From NCBI RefSeq assembly GCF_009914755.1, contig NC_060944.1: a stretch of DNA of 64,000 bases. One strand, 5' to 3'. The notes below the pieces were generated by a model that was not told the DNA's origin, did not search any database, and was given only the letters and a program-made list of their open reading frames with translations. This document shows, one piece after another, positions 46,365 through 61,346 of this stretch (the first letter of the stretch is position 1; each line of letters starts with the position of its first letter). Source of the stretch: the human T2T-CHM13v2.0 reference genome, Homo sapiens. The position numbers and the translations under genes are program-made.

Positions 46365-47289
46365 CTTTCAGCACTTGAAAAATATTGTATCACTTCTTTC
46401 TGGGCTCCATGATTTTATATAAGAAATATACTATTATTCAAATTTGTGTTTCCTACAGTTAATGCATTGATTCTCTGGATATGTTCAAGTTTTTTTCTCT
46501 CTCTTAATTTTTCAGAAGTTTCTTTTGAATATTAATTAAATTTACACATCAGATGCATATCCAGGCTATTGAACTTATCTCTCAATTTGCATAATAGGTA
46601 TGACACCGCTTTTGAAAAGAAGGAAATAGAAAAAAATCCCATCAATGGTCTTCTTTCATTTTTCCTTTCCAGACTTCAAATGCACAGATGATGCTCTTCA
46701 CGGTCTATGTGGACTGAAAGGCAAACTTCCAGCCACTGACAAAGCCTTTGGCCAACAATAAACAGTGATCCGATTTTGATCCTTTCTTTGTTATGGTATC
46801 TCTTATTTTCATTTTCTGATGCTCCTAATCTCAGTACAGCAGTTTCTTATCAGGAAGAACTCCAAAAGTCAGCTTGTTTCGTAAGTGAGGATGCACACAC
46901 AGCCTTGAGTGCTGGGAGAGGACTGGCTGAGTGGGTGAGTGTCAGCCTGTTGCAAGATAGAAGCCCCTCCAAGTGAAGAAATGCAAAACACCATAGGATT
47001 CCAATCGACTCAGCATAGAGTAGAGGATGAGGATGAGGTTTTCCTTCTTTCTAGAGCACATGGACAAAGACCTGGGTTTTTTTTAAATATAAGAACTTAA
47101 ATGAAAGTTTAGATCATTGTGACTATGCCTTTGTGCTACAGTAAGAATGGCCCTTTTCCTTTCTGGCCACCTTTAGATAGCTTATTGAGAACTTATATGT
47201 TAGCTAGTATGCTAACCACTACTCCAATATTCAGTGTAGGTCTGTTAATAATAACAGTGGTGATGGTGGTAATATAATGATATTTTCTT

Positions 47290-47530
47290 AATAATAGCCA
47301 GTAGTGATTGAACACTTACACTATTCTGTTTGCTTTATAAATATTAACCCATTTCATCTGCCTGACAGTGCTAATAGATGGTAACTACTATTATGCCTGT
47401 CTTAACAATTGGGAAACTGGAGTGATAATACTAAATAAGTTAATCAAGGCCACACAGCTGATAGCCAGAGAGGCTGGAATTCAAAGTTAAGCAGCATTAC
47501 ACCATAAAAGATCTTCTTAGCTGTTAAGCT
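47290..47530 (-). mobile_element. MIR
   Basis: TTGAACACTTAC..GGGAAACTG..AAGGCCACACAGCT..GCTGGAATTCAAA. Confidence 0.72.
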
Positions 47531-47649
47531 ATAACTACTAGACACTTCTATGACTGTTTAATCTTTTGTAAAATCAAGGAGTTGGACCACACAACAACAA
47601 TGAAAATAACACAACAACAACATTACAACAAATATACCAGTAATGGCGA

Positions 47650-47850
47650 GTAAAATTGACTGAATTCTTACTGTGGTTTAAAATCTGGGCCATATGCTTG
47701 GTACGTATTTTTTTTCATATAGCTGTTACCACATTCTATGTGGGAAGAACCATTATTATCTGTATTTTATAGTACTGCAGAAATGTGAGGTGACTTACTA
47801 AATAGTACACAGCAAATAAGTGGTGGCATCAAGATTGAAATCTAGGTGTT
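47650..47850 (-). mobile_element. MIR
   Basis: CATTATTATC..GTGACTT..ACACAGC..AAGTGGTGG..GATTGAAATCTAGG. Confidence 0.62.
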
Positions 47851-48999
47851 CATTTTTCTCTGCAGGCAAAAAAAAAAAGCTCTAAATTAGTCATTTCCTA
47901 TTAGTACAACTTTTACCACAATTAATATATGCAGATTTAAACCCTCAGTTATGAATATCTTTCTAAAGATGGAAGCAGCATTCCCTTCTGGGCCATTTAT
48001 CCAAAATTAAGATATTAGAAATAGAAAGCAGCTACGATGAGAGATAATCAGAGATGGGGTTGGCAAACTACACTGAGCTGCTTGTCACCACGTGGAAGAC
48101 AGGTTTGTTAGGCTGTCAGCTTAATGGAAGTTTGACTCTTAAGTTAACCTTTGAACCTACATCAAGTCTTCAGAAAATCTTAGACAGCAATTTTATTTTT
48201 CTGGACTTTTTTTTTCTTTAAAAGTGGTTCAAACTGGATTGCTATTTAACTGTGGTTTTGAAAATAAAAGGAAAACTGGTATAAATGACAGCACTGTCCA
48301 AATACACATTTGGAAATCCTTCTAATTCCCAAAAAGAACAGAAGCTTCAATCTGATAACTGAAAATAAGGTTCTAGTATTCTAAAGGCAGCATAGTTAAT
48401 AATCTAGAGAAGCAATTCATGTTTTATTTGAATATAAACAAGAACATCTATAAACTCACCCTTTCTATAATCATAAATTTCAAAAACTGGTCCATAAGTT
48501 TATATTTTATAAAAATAGTGTTTATATGGCTAAATAAATATGCAGTTTAAACTTAATTAACTCAGTACAGTTTCTCAGGTATGGCCCACTTAAAATGGAG
48601 TTTTAAATGCAGGTTTAATTATATGCATTTATCCAAACATAAAATTTCTTCTTTACATTTGAGATTCATTTTAATATTTTGAGGAAAATTAGATCATTTT
48701 TTATTTTGGTAGATTTCAATCACACTGTGAATTTTGATATTCCCACTTTAAAACATTGCTTTTAGTCACATCTGCTAGATTGAGCCCTATTAATTTTTTA
48801 TCATGGAAACATTAGTACCTGTGTTTACTCTTGTTTCATTTATATTTCAAGTGAACAATAAGGTAATTTGGAATGAATGGGAAACTTTATCGTGTGATTA
48901 TTTAAAATTTTACCAGCAGGAGTCAAATTTTTGGTGGCCAGTCTGTAACAGGAAATTTATAAAAGGTCTTCAAGCTCTAGGGTTTATGTGGAGCTGCTT

Positions 49000-49960
49000 G
49001 TTCTTTGTCGAACAAATATTTACTGTGTTCCTACTATGTGCAAAACACTGCATATGAGGTGATGGGAGGGAGGAGTTTCAAAAGTGAATGAGTGAGGCAG
49101 GATCTAATCTTACTATCTAGTTAGAGAGAAAGGATGATAAAGAACATTCACAAACATGACATAGGGAAATATGTGATTCGTCCCATAGACAAGACACAGA
49201 TAAAATATTAACCGAGTCTTGAGAAGGCAGACCAGCCTGGGTGACCAGAGTAGAACTCCAAAGAGTAGGGAATAGTGGAAGATGGCCTGGATTTCAATCC
49301 AGTAGAGATGGTGGCCCAGGCACTTCAGCCAGAGTTATAGCTAAAGCCATGGCATAAAGGAGGGAACACACAAAAGTCTTGGAAAGGAAAGTATCAGCAA
49401 TCTAGAGCAGAGAGTTGAATAAGAAGGAGGCATAACCCTATTATTAATTATTATTCATTAGTAATTAGTGGGAAAACCTAGTTAAAGGCGTTGAAGCTTT
49501 GTAAATGGAGAACTACTAAATTATCAGATCACAAGAATGGTATATCTCAAGTGATGTAGAAAGAATAATTTACTAAGAGAATCTCACAGCGAGCGGGAGA
49601 GAGAAGAGACAAAGAAAGCAGCCATGTGGCTGTTAACAATAGAGTGATGGCATAGAGAATAGGATACAAAGTTCAATATAGAAGATATAACAAAGGAAGC
49701 ATAAATGGAATTTAACAGAATATTTGTGTGTTTGCACGTGCATGTGTGTTTGTGTGTGTGTGTGTATTGCTACTAGTTACAAGAGGGCAGGGTTAGCAAG
49801 AAACAGAAGAGTCCCTGGGTCAAGCTCTGTGGTGGAAGAGAAGACACTGATTTAAATTCTAGTTTTATTGAATTTGAACTGATAGAAAACAGAGATGTTG
49901 AAAAACTAGACATATAGAAAGGGAGTTGAGACCAAATCTGATGGAAATTGGAGCATTAGT
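49000..49960 (-). mobile_element. L2 fragment
   Basis: AACAAATATTTACTG..CCTACTATGTGCAA (antisense L2 tail) followed by purine-rich L2 body. Confidence 0.65.
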
Positions 49961-52279
49961 TACCTCAGCTCTCAGACCTCAAGTTGTGCAGGTGACTTAC
50001 TCAGTTCAAATATGCCTTTCAATTAGGGCTCAGAATATATTTCAGAGCCTGTGTATGAAAAGAACACAAACATTCTGATTAGAATTTAGAGGCCAATAAC
50101 TATAATTTGCATTAAACCAATGGCAAGAATGATGCCCCAAATTACAGATACAGATTAATGAGGATAAAAAAACCTTGTGTCCTCCTTCTTAGTATGCACA
50201 AATGAATGTATTTTTATAGTTTCCTGGAAATTTATCATGCTTTTTCAGAGGCATTAGCTCTCATTCAAGTCTTCTTCTCATTTGTTTCCATCGGTCTCCT
50301 TTTAATCTATTCACTTCTTAGGAAATTAACAACAGTATGGTTAAAGTCCTGTCTTAGTCACTCCTGATATGAAGGATATTTTCATGCTCTTATCTTACAC
50401 TATCAATTATTCTGTAGCATTTAATAAAATATAATAAGCATAATATTTTTAGTATTTAAAAGGTAAATTGTTTTATAAATTTGCTTCAGTAGAACAAGTT
50501 TTAAACAAAATTTCCAATTATTTACATAGATAAATGAAAATTGATTATAACTGAAAAATAAAAGTGTCTTACAAAGAAATGGATTTTTGACAACCTCAAG
50601 TAAACAATAACGTACAGACTTTTAAAGGTAAGACTTGTCAATTTAGTAACAAAAGAATAAAGTTGTTTTCTTTCTGAGAACTAGATTCCAAGATTTCTAA
50701 CCCGTTCTCTCGTTTAGCCCATGTCATTTTCTCTTGTTTTCTTCCCATTTTGTCAGATTTCCATTTGTGATCTGTGTATCCATGATTGTTTGAAAAAGGA
50801 GCCCAGGCTTCTAGCCCATAAACATCACTTCTGCTGTCTCCTGAATTTATTTAAATGGCTGGTACTTGAGCCCAGGGGATTATTTATGCTAACACCATGG
50901 AGTCAAGAGTACTCATTACCACCACTCCAAACTCTCCAGAGGTCAACAACATGAAGCAGGCCCTTCATGCTTTACTACTTCACGTCCTAATCTTTCTCAG
51001 TCCTTCACTTCCCAACCTTTATGCTTTGGGTCATCACTTACACACTTTGTTGATGAGTTAAGTGAAATATATGTTTGCAGTCTGGTAAAAACTACATTTG
51101 CTTTTCCCCTCAGCTCACTGTTTGTATTCATTTGCATGCTCTTTATCATCATAAAAATCACAAATTGCCATTGATCTATTATTTTTAACCAGCTCTGAAA
51201 ATCTGTGTGCCTTCCCACTGCAAAGAGAGATAACTCAAATTTCCAATTTAACAGATGAAAAATTTTTCTGAGAACAAATTGGATGAGGCCACTTTTCTCA
51301 TGTAAATAAATGGTAGCATTTTTCTTTAGATTTTTTTAAAGTCATGTTTTTATCAATAAATTTGAAGGCAAACTAAAAGCCTCTGCATCAATGTATCTTC
51401 TGATGAAATTTTCCATATGACAGATCATTTTATTATTTAAGTTTAAAAAATAACATTAAACTCTATTTAACTTATGCAACTGATTACTGTGAAAAAATAT
51501 TCCCTAGGCCATTTATTTTTAAAAGACTTTTCCCTCTCACTAACCAAGAAAATATCTATCACAATTCATTTTGGCTTTGAAAATGTTTCCCGTAAATTTT
51601 ATCTGTTCCAAGTCAAAGAGTTCCTGAATTACAGAGCTCTTACGGTAGAAGCTATGAATAGTGATAGGGAATAGAAGTTGTATTCTAGTTCAGTAGTGGT
51701 ACGCTTTCCCCTTGGGAGATAAGCACATGCTTGGTGTGTAGAGATTTTCCAACAGTTGCAAAGAATTCAGTCCTTCTCAAAGGCCATTCCTACCTACAGG
51801 CAGGCCATTACCTGCAGTGCTTTCCACCCTGAAGGACCTATCAGTTGACTTGATGGTATGACCTTGGACTCTTAGGGGTTATTTTCTAATTCCTGATTCC
51901 CTGCCGGGGATGTGCTGGTCTTTTATTCCCTAGTATAATGTCTCACGCAGGAACAGGACTGATTGCTTTTCAGAGATTAAGGTTGAGTAGAGATCAGGTC
52001 TCAGAATTCACCCATGAAGAGTTCTCTTAGGGTAGGCCAAGTGGAAAGCCAACTCCCAATATGTTATTTAGAAGGGTTGGGCCCTCCTGGTATTGCCCTT
52101 GTTCTCCTGTCTCATTTATGAGTCAAAATAAATAATAAAAAAGTGGTTTCTATCTCGTTCATCCCCACAAACCTCTCCAACTGAGTGATGGTAAGCTAGA
52201 GATGAAGGAGCACAGGTCACAGGGAATACACAGCCACAGATCATAGGTGGTTCCTGTAGTTAATTCAGAGAGCTATAGC

Positions 52280-52480
52280 TACCTTTGTGAGCTCCTAAAT
52301 GCCTCTGTATATGTCATACTATGGGCAGGGCTTACCTGTCTGCACACCCTGTCACTCTATATACACCCATGCAGACTTTACAAATACTGATTCTTTTTAA
52401 AAACCTCATTGTCTAACTAGTAACAGAATCATGATAGGTACTTTACAAATATTTGTTGAATAAATGAATGCATGAATGTA
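52280..52480 (+). mobile_element. L2 3' end
   Basis: TGTGAGCTCCT..CAAATATTTGTTGAATAAATGAATGCATGAAT. Confidence 0.6.
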
Positions 52481-54109
52481 TAACAGTGTAGGGATGTCTC
52501 AGATACATCTAAACTGGTTGATTGGTTTCAAATTGTCGATACACAGAAGTGGAATAGACTTAGGGATCAGGAGCCAAGAGTGAAACCCTCGCCATATGTT
52601 TACTTTCACTCCATGCCTCAGACTCTACTGCTCCGTTTGAAAGCTGTCACCAACCTCATAGATTCAAATGATTCTCATTTTAAATGTCTAACAATTGAGC
52701 TTTGAAATATGTTAAATTACCATGTACTAATGAGGAATATTAAATAAAAGCTTAGAAAGGTCATTTTTTTTGTCTTTCTGCCTCTAATATGTAGTAAGAG
52801 ATTGACTTTCCATTAACTTTTTATTAATTGAAAGAATGAATGAAACACACTCCAAGAGTTAATAAACCAGGAAAAGAGAACAAACAGTTCTCATGCACAC
52901 TCACATGCTTTGAGGTACCATTTTACATGTTAGAATAATTAGTAACTACTCTTACCTAAATTAGGGTAATTACTAGGAAATGTTTAGTTATTTAAATTTA
53001 ATTATTACTAGTACTTAAAAATTAACAAAACTGCATTTATGAAAGTCTCTATAATGTAGCTTGACATTATTTAAGAATGATTTTCTATATCAGATACTGT
53101 GAATTGGTGAATTTGAGACGGAACAAGTACAGAGTACAGCACTCAACAGTGCATGTGTGACTATTCTCAGGCTTATATGAAACTCCTCTATTAAAGATTC
53201 TTTACTCTTCTATGTCTTGGTTTTAGGTTTGATATAAACAACATCGATGCTTCTATGTCCTAAGGTCAAGTGATTTCTAAGGCTCGACCCACAACTCTTG
53301 TTTTAAACATTTCACTCAGGCCTAGCTTACCTTGTTTCAGCCTCTCACCACCTAAATACCTTGAGAAAACATTCACCCTAGAAATAAGCACTGGCCCTTG
53401 CATATCTGTATGGGGAGAGTGAGAAAAAATAGCTTATTTAAGCAAACTACAATTTATTCATTTTTATTCTACCTGGAATTTTTTTTGTTTGCAATGTTTC
53501 CAGTGCTAGAGGTTCATGGCTGTGTGTGTATGCATGTGTTTTGGAAGAGAACTGGTCTCATTGAGCAGAAGGCTCTCCTGCTTTCACACTAATCTGATGA
53601 GGACTGAACTTGCCTTAGTGAAAATTTGAGAATCAAATAACCCTCATTTTCCCAGAGGAATGATAAAGAAGGGCCACCACATAAGCTCAGAAATGACAAA
53701 TAATATTTCATAGTTTATTAGTTATATGAGATGTTAGCAGTCCATTGGTTTTTCTCAGTTTTTAAGTTCCATTCAGGAAAAATCAACTACTTTTCAGCTC
53801 TATATGGGCAACATTTAATGCACCTGGAAGTTAGAGTGGACTTTGTAAAATGCCACTTTAGTGTGCAGGTCACCCAGTTGACCCATGGAGTATACTGGGT
53901 TTTGTGTCATATAAATAATAATTAACATTGAAATAGTTTTCATCTTTATTAAATGTTGTCTTCTGTCAAAAGTAAATAAATGAAATGTCTGAGGTTATAA
54001 TTCATAGCTAATGCATGAACAAATTGAGGGCTTACATAAAAAATGTATTAATATGTATCTAAAAACATTTTTAAGCACCAAAACAACTCTTAAATATATT
54101 ATAAATGAA

Positions 54110-54290
54110 CATATATGTGTATATTGATGTGTATGTATATGTATATATACACATAAATACACCTACATATACATAGATATCCACACAAGTATATCATTAT
54201 CATTGATATATCAAATGTATCATTAAGTGAAAGGTTATAGCTACATAAATATGTGTGTATATGTATGTGTGTGTGTGTGTGTGTGTGTAC
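54110..54290 (+). repeat. (TA/CA)n and (TG)n low-complexity tract
   Basis: Directly visible. Confidence 0.8.
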
Positions 54291-55369
54291 CTGTATAGAA
54301 GAAAGTGAAAGAATTCAAAAGAAACAAATTATAAGCGTAAATTCAAAACTGCTGAAAAAACCTGTCAAATCATCAATATGGGTCAATGTCTACTTTAGAC
54401 AATAAGCCTTAAGAACCAGATTCTTTTAATACTTCCAGTAAAGTCCAACGTGAACACTTCCTCCTAAGACTCTGAATATAAATTTTGATCAGCAGTTTGT
54501 ATTTTCTTCTCCTATTTAAAGAAGCTTTTAAAAGGAGAATATGTTGCATTATGCAAAGTATCTATTTGCCCTACAAACACATACAGTACTGTTTAGATGG
54601 TAATTAATCTGAAAATAAGAAATAAAAATACCACACAAATACTTTGGCACCTTAAAAAGAGTTGGACTCCTTTGAAAATGCCTATTGCTATAATTATACA
54701 ATTATTACAGGCATTTATATCTAAGGTTCTTTCCTCTGAGGTTTCTGTTAGGAAACATTATTGGTCTTTCTGTTTTTCTTGAAGAGATCTCCATTTTCTT
54801 GTTATTGTACTATTCCAATTGTTCTTTTTTCTATTGAAGTTTCTGAGCATTTTTCTCCTTTTCCTCAAGTGAGTACATATCAAAACTCCAGACAAACTCA
54901 CAATTTAATTGTTGTCTTTTAAATTAAGCATTAAATGTGCATAAACTCCTGCCTGTTGGGTGAAGCTTATTCATTTATCTGGGCATGCTACTGCATATCC
55001 GTTAGCAGAGAAATGCAGGCACCTGCCAAGGTATTTCATTTAATTAATTGTTTCCTCAAAACCTTTTGCCTAACGATATATTTTAGAGAAAAATTTAACT
55101 TATTTGAAGTATATGTAAAGGCCTAGCGCTGGTGATGAAAACAAACTTTGAGTGTGACCATATTGTACAATTATTGATAAAAGATTGATATTATTGACTA
55201 CACTCTCTGGACCTTAACACAAACAATAATTGGGAGAATCCATTTCAAGATACAGGTCAAATAATATTTACTAGTGAAGATCATTAGAAATTAGTCATTT
55301 AGAACTCGATTGATAGGTATTTTTGCCCATATTTCTTATTTTCAACTTAATTCATAAGGATAGGAGTGT

Positions 55370-55663
55370 GGCTGGGTTTGGTGGCTCACACTTGTAATCC
55401 CAGCACTTTGGGAGGCCAAGGCAGGAGGATTGCTTGAGCCCAGGAGTTCTGGACCAACCTGGTCAACAATAGGGAGACCCCGTCTCTATTTTTTAAAAAA
55501 TAGCCAGGTTAGATGGTGTACTCCTGTGATCTGAGCTACTTTGGCGGTTGAGGTGGGAGGATTTCTTGATCCCAGAAGTCAAACCTGCAGGGAGCCATAA
55601 TCACACCACTGCACTCCAGCTTTTATGACAGAGTGAGACCCTGTCCCCTGCCCCTCAAAAAAA
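55370..55663 (+). mobile_element. AluJ (Jo-like)
   Basis: GGAGGATTGCTTGAGCCCAGGAGTT, AGACCCTGTC; diverged dimer. Confidence 0.9.
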
Positions 55664-56069
55664 GGACAGTAAGAATGTATTCAAACAATTCTTCAATGTT
55701 GAACAACTTTCATTCAATGTATGTACCATATAGAAAAAGAACAACAAAGGCTTTTCTGTCCAAGGAAAATTAAATCCAAAGGTGCTTACCAGATCTGTGG
55801 ACTGGATCACTTAATAGGAGTTAGCAATCTTTGGAGAATTGGAGATCAAAGAAATGGTCGTAAATGACTGAGTCTGTATTGTAAATGTTCAAGTGTTGAA
55901 CTAGCAAGTTTTACATTGATTTTAAAAATTAATCACTGCACAAATTGCTATTAGGGAATAAGAGACAACCAGGAGCAATGGGGTTTGTACAGCAGCAATA
56001 ATACCAACTACTGATTGCACAGCAAAAACTAGATCTGTACCCTCTTTTACCTCTGCTAATTTTTATGAC

Positions 56070-56190
56070 AAGGTTCTCTGTTACTATCCTTGTTTTACAG
56101 ATGAAAAGAGTAAAATGCACTCATTTTAATCAATTTGCAAGAGATCTCATAAGCAGAAAGTAAACTTGCTAGAATTCAGACTCCAGCCCC
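56070..56190 (-). mobile_element. MIR fragment
   Basis: CTATCCTTGTTTTACAGATGAAAA. Confidence 0.55.
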
Positions 56191-56634
56191 CCATTAGCAG
56201 AAACATACATCCCTCTTTGATATTTTATAAATTTACAATATTTATATATATGGTTTATAATAATAGTATTTGTAATAATTTTACATACCTTTAGTTAAAG
56301 AATATGATTGCATACTTATTTTAAAATTTTCAAATAATGCAAAAATGTATAGAACATAAACTGAGTCTAATAAAATTAAAAGGTACTTGATCAGTATTAC
56401 TCTTTAACTTGTAAATACTAAGAGAAACAATTCCATAATTGCTTTAGGTTAGTCCAATCTTCAGCACCAATGTTCAGTGTGATAAGATCATTCGTAACTT
56501 ACCACGAAAAGCAAGTGGAAAAGTATTTTATCAAATGGACATCACTCCAAATCAATGGTACACACATGGAAAGGCAATGAACACTTGAGTTTGCTCAGAT
56601 TTCAGGACTGGGTCAGCTCTTTGCATGTGTGTGG

Positions 56635-59284
<2,650 letters not shown>

Positions 59285-60592
59285 CATGGTTAAATACATG
59301 AGGACAAAATGCTGCACTAAAAATCCATTTTATGGAAGAAGGGTTTTTAAAATGATTCTACTAGATTGTTTTTAAGAGCCATGATGAAGATTGGTATATA
59401 TCATGAGAGGCACTGATGATGTATGAAATGAGAAAGACATACTGAGTATCTGGAAAAACAAAATCAAGACAAAAAGCATCTCTGACTTCTTGTCAATCCA
59501 TCACTTTCAATAATATGCCTCTTGCTCTTTTAATTTATCATTGGAGAAAACAGCTAAATGTGGAAATACAAGGGGATATGATCAAATGACTGTCACTGCC
59601 TGAACTGGAACCAGGGCCAAAATATTATGACTTTTTAAAAATATCAGGTTTTCTTAAGAATATTCAATACTGATGAAAGTGGCCAGGTTCCTACAAATTT
59701 ATATTTTTCTCAACACAATTTTCTTAACTCATCAGATTAAAAATATGGATGATACGTTATTGACCACACTTTAAAAAATCACAAGCAAGTGTTAAAGACT
59801 TTTCAGAGACAAACACTAAATTGAAGATTAGGATTCAAATTATTGCTTTCTCCTAAGAGGAAACAATCTTCCAGATTTTCCATGTAATATGCTTCTTGAC
59901 TTAGCTTCTAGAGAGTGCTTAGAAGGTTAAGAAACCTAGCATTCCAAATGGGCATTGGAGGACTGGAGAAGATAGCACAATGACTGAACAAAAGGTACGT
60001 CTAGTGAAACCTTTTGTATTTTGTGCTTTCTTGTCTTTTTTTTTTTATTGTTGTTTTCTGTTGTGTGTGTGGGTGGAGGAAAAGGGAGTATGGATGGGTA
60101 GGATGTGTGATCAGCTGTTATCAATCAAGTTTGGAAACTCCCTTGTGGTTTGGCATTTCTGAGGACTGGCCTGGTCTTCCTCTTGGAAATCATCCAATCT
60201 CCATTGGAGGGCTCTTTGTTTCAATAGCAATTCCTGACAAACAGAAATTCACATGGTATTTTTCATCTTTATTATTCTTGGATGAGGCTTATTGATTGGC
60301 TAGATGTTTATAACTGTGTCCTCTCCTAAAGAGTGGACTGAAATCTAAGAACAGCAGTAGTCATTAACATCTATTAGATTTTGTTTCACACAGCATATTT
60401 TGAATGAGTGGAATGCAATGTGAAAATTTATACCATCACTAAATTGCTGCATTGAATTCAAGATCCATCTTCTTGACTTAAAAAAGTAGAATTAGAGAAG
60501 TCGTTCACAACCAGTTTAGAGTATCATGGTTGAATTTTCCTTTGAGTTTAAAACTAAATGTTAGGTTTTGGGGGAAGTCTTACAAAAAACTT

Positions 60593-60810
60593 TAATAGCT
60601 GTCATTTATGTATCTTGTACTGTATTAAACTTGTAAACTGTATTTGATTTAATTATTATAGTACTCTTAGTACATACTCTTATCCATATGATTTTGCAGG
60701 TGAATCTCAGAAAGATTATTTAAATAACTTTCTCAAGGTTACACAGCTAGAAATGAGAAGAGTCAGCATTTAAACCTAGGTCTGTTTGACCCTATGTTTC
60801 TGCCTCTCAT
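60593..60810 (-). mobile_element. MIR
   Basis: ATTTTGCAGGTGA..AAGGTTACACAGCTAG..ATTTAAACCTAGGTCTGTTTGAC. Confidence 0.72.
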
Positions 60811-61306
60811 TTTGAAGTCAAGTGTAGCTATCCTCCCCCATTTTCACCTGCCATAAATGGCAGGAATGTCACCAATTATTTGGGGCTTTTTTTTTTCATA
60901 AGTTTTCTACAAATGATTGTTACTCCAGCCACTTATTTACATGAAGGAAAAGTCAGTTGTAGACACAGGTATAAAACCTCAAAATGTCAGCAAGATAACA
61001 AATAGAAAGGGAGCCTGGGCAGCTATTGAATGAACATTACACAGAGGCAATGCAGGAGGATTCTTTGTAAAAGATAAAAAGAATATCACTAAACATTCAC
61101 TCCTAACATTTAATCTGAGTCATTTTTAGTTGAATAAAATTGGCACACACCACCTGTTGCCTACAGACAGTTTATAGCATGGGGAGATTTTCAAATTCTT
61201 GTTACCGCTTTCTCCCTTTCTCTCTCTTTCAGATCCTTTACCTTCTCACCTTCCAGAAACATGTTAAGTGCCCTTAAAGCACAGACCACTTGACCTCCTT
61301 TCCTAT

Positions 61307-61308
<2 letters not shown>

Positions 61309-61344
<36 letters not shown>
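61309..61344 (+). repeat. (GT)18 microsatellite
   Basis: Pure GT run. Confidence 0.95.

Positions 61345-61346
<2 letters not shown>

Noticed and set aside
53331-53377. Possible 47-nt minus-strand exon (TTTCTAG acceptor, AAG|GTAAGC donor)
   Set aside because: Weak polypyrimidine tract, no recognisable peptide, expected by chance in 64 kb
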